Below are positions 63,298 through 64,000 of a stretch of 64,000 nt of DNA, piece by piece. The DNA is from Camelus ferus (taxonomy: Eukaryota), in the NCBI RefSeq assembly GCF_009834535.1, contig NC_045696.1, positions 82,276,001 through 82,340,000 of the forward strand. The letters run 5' to 3'. A model generated the notes under the pieces. That model was not told where the DNA came from and made no database searches. It saw only the letters and a program-made list of their open reading frames with translations. Numbering within the stretch: the stretch's first letter is position 1; every line of letters begins with the position of its first letter. The position numbers were made by a program, and so were the translations under genes.

Positions 63298-64000
63298 CTG
63301 AAAAACAAGTTAAAAAATTTAAAATCTCAGTATTTCAGAAGCTGCTAAGACAAAAATACCAATGTTGACGAACACAATACAAACATTATTATACTGTTTA
63401 AATTTAGTTCAAATTACTATCTTAATCTCTTGGTTCTAATACAGTGAAATGAAAACTTGTATACACATAGGCACTCCTTCATACAAAGCATCCCTATTTC
63501 TTGAAAAAAATCACACATTTTCATTAACAGAAATTTCAAACTGAAGATGTAACTTACTCTTTTATTTCTATCAGACATTTATTGAGTGCCAGTTATATGC
63601 CAGACTCTGGCTAAGAGATGTAGCTGGGGGAAAAAATTCATGATTATGGTTTCTGCTCTCAGGCAACTTACAAATTAGAAAATCCTTTAAAAATACAGAA
63701 TAAAAATACTACAAAATTATAATTCTTTTGAAATAAGAACTGTTCAATGCTTTACAATGAAAACTGAGGAGTATGAGAATATAGAGTTGCCAATAAATTT
63801 ATTAACTGTCTACTAGGTGTTCACACTACACCAGATAGGAATTATAAAATATAATTTTTAGAAAGAAAACAGTATATTTTCAAAGTGGCATTTTCCTTTG
63901 TTTTAAACACTTTTGTACATTTATTTTCTTCATACTACTTACATACTACCTTTTATAATAAACATGTCGATATAAAAATGTATTCCTAAAACTTGCACAG

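Noticed and set aside
58000..64000. TERC or ACTRT3, known neighbours of MYNN
   Set aside because: No TERC template region or actin-like ORF seen; by synteny they lie beyond the right edge of the window

Overview
Mammalian genomic DNA, very probably a camelid given several copies of a tRNA-Ala-derived, Vic-1-like SINE. Order and orientation match the conserved LRRC31-LRRIQ4-LRRC34-MYNN block. (1) A decayed LRRC31 on + (7159-~15552). Only four exon-like segments are recognisable. They carry premature stops, frameshifts and a destroyed splice acceptor, and the expected second, third and 3'-terminal coding exons were not found, which suggests unitary gene loss. (2) An intact 5-coding-exon LRRIQ4 on - (28645-16752, 561 aa). 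(3) An intact 11-exon LRRC34 on + (34939-52659, about 450 aa). It starts in a CpG island with GC-box, NRF1-like and RFX X-box motifs, probably a bidirectional promoter shared with LRRIQ4. (4) The last two coding exons and 3'UTR of MYNN on -. The rest is intronic or intergenic DNA rich in SINE, L1, L2, LTR and Tigger-type repeats. Gene identities rest on my recollection of the human proteins, not on a database search. The most notable observation is the LRRC31 loss; I found no convincing sign of a wholly new biological system.
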